From Candidatus Giovannonibacteria bacterium (lineage in GTDB: Bacteria; Patescibacteriota; Minisyncoccia; UBA11713; 2-01-FULL-45-33), in NCBI GenBank assembly GCA_016176295.1, contig JACOXN010000009.1:3798-67797 (forward strand): a DNA stretch of 64,000 bases, in the 5' to 3' direction. Positions 59,657-64,000 of this stretch are shown here, in pieces; position 1 is the stretch's first letter, and each line of letters starts with the position of its first letter. The position numbers and the translations under genes are program-made. Below the pieces are notes generated by a model that saw only the letters and a program-made list of their open reading frames with translations, ran no database searches and had not been told where the DNA came from.

Positions 59657-60606
59657 CCTACGATGTAATGATAATCGGCGGTGGACCGGCAGGCTCGGCT
59701 GCCGCCGTATATGCCGCGAGAAAAAAATTAAAAACACTTTTGCTCACCGAATCGTTCGGGGGTCAATCGATAGTTTCCGACGATATTCAAAATTGGATAG
59801 GCGAGCAGCACATCTCCGGCTTTGATCTTGCAAAAAAACTCGAGGAACATGTGCGGGCGTTTCCTGACATGGTTGAAATAAAAATGCCGGAAAAAGCAAA
59901 AAGAATATCAAAAATAAACTGCAGCGCCGGAGGAACCTGTGATTTTGAAATTGAAACCGAAAGCGGTGATAAATTTATTGGGAAGACCGTTATCCTCGCG
60001 GCAGGGGCGCGGCGGAGGCGCCTAGGCATCCCGGGGGAAGCGCAAATGGAAGGGAAGGGTGTGGCATTCTGCTCCACCTGCGATGCGCCGCTCTTTTCCG
60101 AAAAGAAAGTGGCTGTGGTAGGCGGCGGCAATGCCGGTCTGGAAGCCGTAGTGGATCTTTTTCCGTACGCTTCGGAAGTTACCATTTTGGAATACGGCGA
60201 CGCGCTGAAAGCCGATCCGGTAACGCAGGAAGAAGTGAAAAAGAACTCAAAACTTAAGGAAATAATTTTTAACGCAGAGACGCTGGAAGTTATCGGAGAT
60301 AAATTTGTTTCAGGCATAAAGTATAAAAATACGAAGACCGGAGAAGAAAAGACGCTTCTTGTGGACGGTATATTCGTTGAGATAGGTTCAGTGCCTAATT
60401 CAGAAATGATAAAGGATCTGGTGAGTTTGGATAAATATGGACAGGTGGTGATAGATTCAAAGCATGCCTCGACATCGCAGCCTGGCATTTTTGCCGCCGG
60501 CGACATAACTGACGACCCCTACAAACAAAACAATATTTCGGTCGGGGATGCCGTCAAAGCCACTTTGGCAGCTTACGCTTATCTTTTGAAGAGACAAAAA
60601 GAATGA
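59653..60606 (+). CDS. trxB: thioredoxin-disulfide reductase family flavoprotein
   Basis: YDVMIIGGGPAGSAAAVYAAR, redox CSTCDAPLF, VVGGGNAGLEA and FAAGDITD. Confidence 0.75.
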   Translation: MTYDVMIIGGGPAGSAAAVYAARKKLKTLLLTESFGGQSIVSDDIQNWIGEQHISGFDLAKKLEEHVRAFPDMVEIKMPEKAKRISKINCSAGGTCDFEIETESGDKFIGKTVILAAGARRRRLGIPGEAQMEGKGVAFCSTCDAPLFSEKKVAVVGGGNAGLEAVVDLFPYASEVTILEYGDALKADPVTQEEVKKNSKLKEIIFNAETLEVIGDKFVSGIKYKNTKTGEEKTLLVDGIFVEIGSVPNSEMIKDLVSLDKYGQVVIDSKHASTSQPGIFAAGDITDDPYKQNNISVGDAVKATLAAYAYLLKRQKE

Positions 60607-62429
60607 AGAAACAAATAGGTTTCGCGGTCCCGGTTTTGACGCTTTGCCTTGTGTTTTCTTTTGTTTTGGCCGAACGGGCTACTGCTTTGGGCCTTCTTAA
60701 AGTTGATGCTAGGAACCCGCGTTATTTTTCGGATGGCACCGGAAAAATAATTTTTTTGAACGCCCACACCGGATGCCCCTTCGTTTACCAGGACGGGTGG
60801 GGTATGGTTTCCGCTCCTTCCGCGAGCCAGCTTGTCGCCGACAAAGTTAATTTTTGCAGGAGCTGGACCTGGGACAATTCGCGCTGGAGCGACTCCGCCG
60901 TTAACGGGGTACAATCGAATGGCCTTATCAGACCTCTGGTATTCAGACGGACTGGCCCCGGCAACGCGCTGGACGGAGGACTCAAGTTTGATCTCACCCA
61001 ATTTGATCAGAATTATTTTGATACTTTGAGGAACGGTCTTGTTTATGCCGACAATAACGGAATTTATGTTTCAATAATGCTTTTTCAGGGATACAGCGGC
61101 AACATGTCCGGTCCTTGGATAGGGCACTATTTGAACGCGGCTAATAATATCAACGGAATTAACGGCGACACGAATAACGACGGCGACGGAGCCGAAATAT
61201 TCTCGCAGAACAGCGCGGCAGTTACCGGTATCCAGGAATCCGTAGCTAAAAAAATGGTAGATTCGTTCAACGACTTGGATAACATCATCTGGGAAGTGGC
61301 GAATGAAGGGCCGGCCTCTTCCGGACCCTGGCAGAACCACATGGCGGATGTGATAAAAAAATACGAATCAAACAAGCCAAAACAGCATCCGGTTTTAATC
61401 AGCGCTTACAGCCCCGATGCGTCTGCATTGTTTTCCGGCCCTGCGGATGCGATTGCTCCCGGCGCGTCAAGCTGGGAGAGCTCCGCGGACCCTTATGCCG
61501 CCGATCCTCCGCCGACCGACGGAAGTAAAGTCGTCATACTCGATACAGACCACATCGGTTTTACAATTTGGAGAGATCTTGAGCTAAGCATGCAGTGGAT
61601 ATGGAAATCTTTCACCCGCGGATACAATTTAAATTATCAGGAAATGTCGGGTAATGCCGCGGCCAAGGCCGGCGGGTATACAGCCCTGTACGCGAATAAG
61701 ATGAACCTTGCTGAAATGACTCCGCGTGGAGATCTTAGTTCCACCGGCTATGCTCTCGCCAACCCAGGCGTGGAATATCTGGTTTTTCTTCCGGGCGGAG
61801 GCGGAGCGGCGGTGGATCTTATCGGAGCCTCGGGAAGTTTTAGCGTCGAGTGGATGAACCCCTGGACAGGTTCAACTGTCTCCGGAAGCTCGGTTGCCGG
61901 GGGAGGCGCTGTATCTTTCTCCCCTCCGTTTATAGGAGACGCCGTGCTTTACCTGAAAAGTTCATCTAAATCTCAATCGTCAAATGTCTGCTATCTGCTG
62001 GATTCTTCCGCTAATATCCCGGCCGGTTTTGGAGCAAGCTATAATGTTTTTTCTTCGGCCAGAGAATTATTGCTTAAAGCCTTTTGCGATTCCTCTGCCG
62101 TGGCCGGCAATCAAGGGAACAGCTTGCCATATTTCGATGTAAGTTTCCCAGTCGGGAACAACTCTTCCAACCAATATATTTACAATCAGGGATATTTCTG
62201 GACGGGGGTGTCTTGGTCTCCTTTTACTTTCTCTTGCTCCAACCCGGTTTCCAATTCCTGGTGCGTCGGCAGTGCTTCCTATATCAAACAAATGAATTCT
62301 ACGGAACTCTCCGGTGTGAATTTTTACGTGGCTTATATTTGCAACTGGGACGGAAGCTCGTGGAAGTGCGGGTGCAGAGACTCAACCTGCTCCATAAACT
62401 ACTGGCAGCTTCAAGCTTTCAAGAAGTAA
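60603..62429 (+). CDS. secreted protein: putative TIM-barrel glycoside hydrolase-like N-terminal region plus a Cys-rich C-terminal domain
   Basis: Signal peptide, then DARNPRYFSDGTGKIIFL and IWEVANEG (GH5/DUF4038-like NE motif). The C-terminal ~150 aa has 8 Cys. The family call is tentative. Confidence 0.55.
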   Translation: MKKQIGFAVPVLTLCLVFSFVLAERATALGLLKVDARNPRYFSDGTGKIIFLNAHTGCPFVYQDGWGMVSAPSASQLVADKVNFCRSWTWDNSRWSDSAVNGVQSNGLIRPLVFRRTGPGNALDGGLKFDLTQFDQNYFDTLRNGLVYADNNGIYVSIMLFQGYSGNMSGPWIGHYLNAANNINGINGDTNNDGDGAEIFSQNSAAVTGIQESVAKKMVDSFNDLDNIIWEVANEGPASSGPWQNHMADVIKKYESNKPKQHPVLISAYSPDASALFSGPADAIAPGASSWESSADPYAADPPPTDGSKVVILDTDHIGFTIWRDLELSMQWIWKSFTRGYNLNYQEMSGNAAAKAGGYTALYANKMNLAEMTPRGDLSSTGYALANPGVEYLVFLPGGGGAAVDLIGASGSFSVEWMNPWTGSTVSGSSVAGGGAVSFSPPFIGDAVLYLKSSSKSQSSNVCYLLDSSANIPAGFGASYNVFSSARELLLKAFCDSSAVAGNQGNSLPYFDVSFPVGNNSSNQYIYNQGYFWTGVSWSPFTFSCSNPVSNSWCVGSASYIKQMNSTELSGVNFYVAYICNWDGSSWKCGCRDSTCSINYWQLQAFKK

Positions 62430-62544
62430 TACGCAGGTTTACCCGCCTTGGGCGGGCGTTTAAGAAGTAAGGTCCTTCATCCCGGCCAGTACACAGAACC
62501 AGCTAGCCTGCGTTATTCACACCTCCTTCTTTTCCGATTCCGTC

Positions 62545-62554
62545 GGGGGGGGGG
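62545..62554 (+). repeat. homopolymeric G10 tract abutting a TATTAT -10-like hexamer
   Basis: GGGGGGGGGG followed directly by TATTAT (62555-62560). This is unusual in this otherwise AT-leaning sequence. Confidence 0.7.
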
Positions 62555-62597
62555 TATTATATGCTTATATGTTAACTAAAGGCTAACTTACAATCAC

Positions 62598-64000
62598 TTG
62601 CCCCGCACCAAAATATTTTTAATATCTTTCATCACCTGTCTCGTTTTAGCAGCCACTTTGTTTTTTCTCTACCAAACCTAATCCAGAGCCCAGACTGGCA
62701 CTATTTTTTTCGCCGCTCCCACAGACAATTTAGCTTCTAAAATTTCTCTCCTTAATCCCGGAGACACGCTCGTGCTGAAGAACGGCACGTACACACAACC
62801 TCTCAATATTCAATGTGGCGTCAATGCCAAGAGCGGCTTACCGGGACAACCGATCACGGTCAAAGCTGAGAATGAAAGGCAGGCACTGCTTACTAATGAC
62901 ATTGCTACAGTCCTTGAAATTAAGGATTGCTCCTATTGGACGATAGAAGGATTGCGCGCCGAACAGCCAAAGGTTGCTCAGCTATATCCTGGAGGGGTTT
63001 TTCAGCCGAAGGCGATGACCATATTATCTTCAGGCGAAATTTAATAAATAATACCGCTCCATATGTCGGACCGGATGCAAGAGATCAAGCCGGCATTTAT
63101 CTGGAAGTCACAAATTCGTTAATTGAAGAGAATGAGATTTATTCTTTTTCTCGATGGGGCATGATATTAAGAAATGGATCGTATTCCTCAAATCCTGTAG
63201 GTAACAATACTATCCGAAGAAACTATATTAATTGGAGAAACTATCCGAACAGCAGCAATGGTTCAACTTGCTTAGGCACTTACCCGAGCCAAGGCAATGT
63301 TTTCGAAAACAATATCACAGAAGGTGCAAATGGCTGTGACACTTCTTTTACGCCCTTACTTGTCGGAGGTGCCAATTCATCCGGAAATTCTTTCTACGGC
63401 AACATAAGCATTGGTCACAACATCTCTTTCCAGACGGGCGTGGGGTCATCGGGTGGGCCAACAACCTCGGACGATGTTACTTTTGAAAATAACATAGCCA
63501 TCTCTTCAGAGGCTACACATAGCCCGGCGGGCGGTTACGGCCGGCGCATCACTCATCGCAATTATTCCGCATTTGCGGATAGCGCGATTAGGACGGATGC
63601 ATTCGTGGAAGGCTTTGAGGTCGGCTATGATTCCAGGATGCTACGTATCGCAGACCCAAGCGCTGAGTGCACTAATTGTTTATTGTACGGGGCTTGGCCG
63701 GCAGGTTTTTACATTGATACCAACGAAGTGCCCAATTTCAAATTGGATTTTCCAGCTGTTTACAATGTTGGAACTCCATTTTCTCCAGATGCATCGGACC
63801 CCCGTATTACCAATGAGATAGCCTTAACTTCTGCAGAACTCGGCTCCTGCAAAGCGTACATTCCCGATTCCGCTACGTCCCTCAAAGGTAAAGGCAAAAA
63901 CGGAGCCGATATCGGAGCGAATATCCTCTATGTTTACGAAAACGGAGTGCTTACAAACAAACCCCTCTGGAACCCCCAAACCGGAGAATTCCCCCACGGA
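62598..64000 (+). pseudogene. disrupted gene for a secreted right-handed beta-helix (pectate-lyase-fold) protein; it runs off the right edge
   Basis: A signal-anchor (M)PRTKIFLISFITCLVLAATLFFLYQT is followed by an in-frame TAA at 62679-62681. The frame continues ...NPGDTLVLKNGTY...QPITVKAENERQALL...CSYWTIEGL. A -1 frame change at the G4T5 run (62994-63002) then leads into ...GDDHIIFRRNLINN...NNTIRRNYI...FENNITEG...FENNIAIS..., which stays open to position 64000. Confidence 0.55.

Noticed and set aside
59787-60506. A 239-aa minus-strand ORF antisense to trxB. The similar long antisense ORFs at 3821..4414, 9741..10346 and 10680..11273 fall in the same category.
   Set aside because: They are Ser-rich mirror frames of Glu/Lys-rich or GC-skewed genuine genes and contain no motifs.
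62679-62681. The in-frame TAA as evidence of stop-codon reassignment or programmed readthrough.
   Set aside because: TAA terminates many well-supported genes in this window (for example smc, RAYT-1, tatD and pilM). A nonsense mutation or a sequencing error is more parsimonious.
1-64000. CRISPR arrays, rRNA and tRNA genes, prophage or integrase signatures, and reverse transcriptase (DGR or retron).
   Set aside because: I scanned the intergenic regions and repeats by eye. I found no regularly spaced direct repeats, no GGTTCGAATCC-type tRNA arms with a cloverleaf context, and no RT or integrase motifs among the ORFs. A tRNAscan, Infernal or minced run would be needed to be certain.

Overview
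The window is a gene-dense piece (about 60 CDS, short intergenic gaps, several ATGA-type overlaps) of a streamlined bacterial chromosome. It carries five aaRS genes (alaS, ileS, glyQS, metG, leuS) and topA, dprA, recO, smc, rnc, nusB, rpmF, mnmA, glmS, pyrG and pgsA. It also carries a type IV pilus locus without a secretin (pilM-pilB-pilin-REC-pilT-pilC-pilin-[RAYT]-pilD), many membrane-anchored or secreted hypotheticals, and almost no biosynthesis. This content suggests a Candidate Phyla Radiation / Patescibacteria-like organism, which is an inference from gene content only. I saw no rRNA, tRNA or CRISPR array by eye. Six observations stand out. (1) Phosphohydrolase domains are embedded in or fused to information-processing proteins: a histidine-phosphatase domain inside IleRS, a canonical Nudix domain inside LeuRS, a NusB-Nudix fusion and a P-loop NTPase-CYTH fusion. 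(2) There are two RAYT (REP-associated tyrosine transposase) genes, each with its own palindromic repeat family. Palindromic repeats are also translated in-frame inside coding genes: mpg, the RAYT gene itself, leuS twice in two different frames, and mnmA. (3) At least 14 genes show a -10 box-N6-8-ATG geometry that implies leaderless mRNAs, while accessory genes carry strong AGGAGG sites. (4) The SMC is only 718 aa and appears to lack a hinge. (5) A cold-shock-domain fusion protein sits behind perfect divergent sigma70-type promoters with structured leaders. (6) A secreted beta-helix protein gene is disrupted and lies behind a G10 tract. All family calls come from motif recognition by eye. No searches were run.
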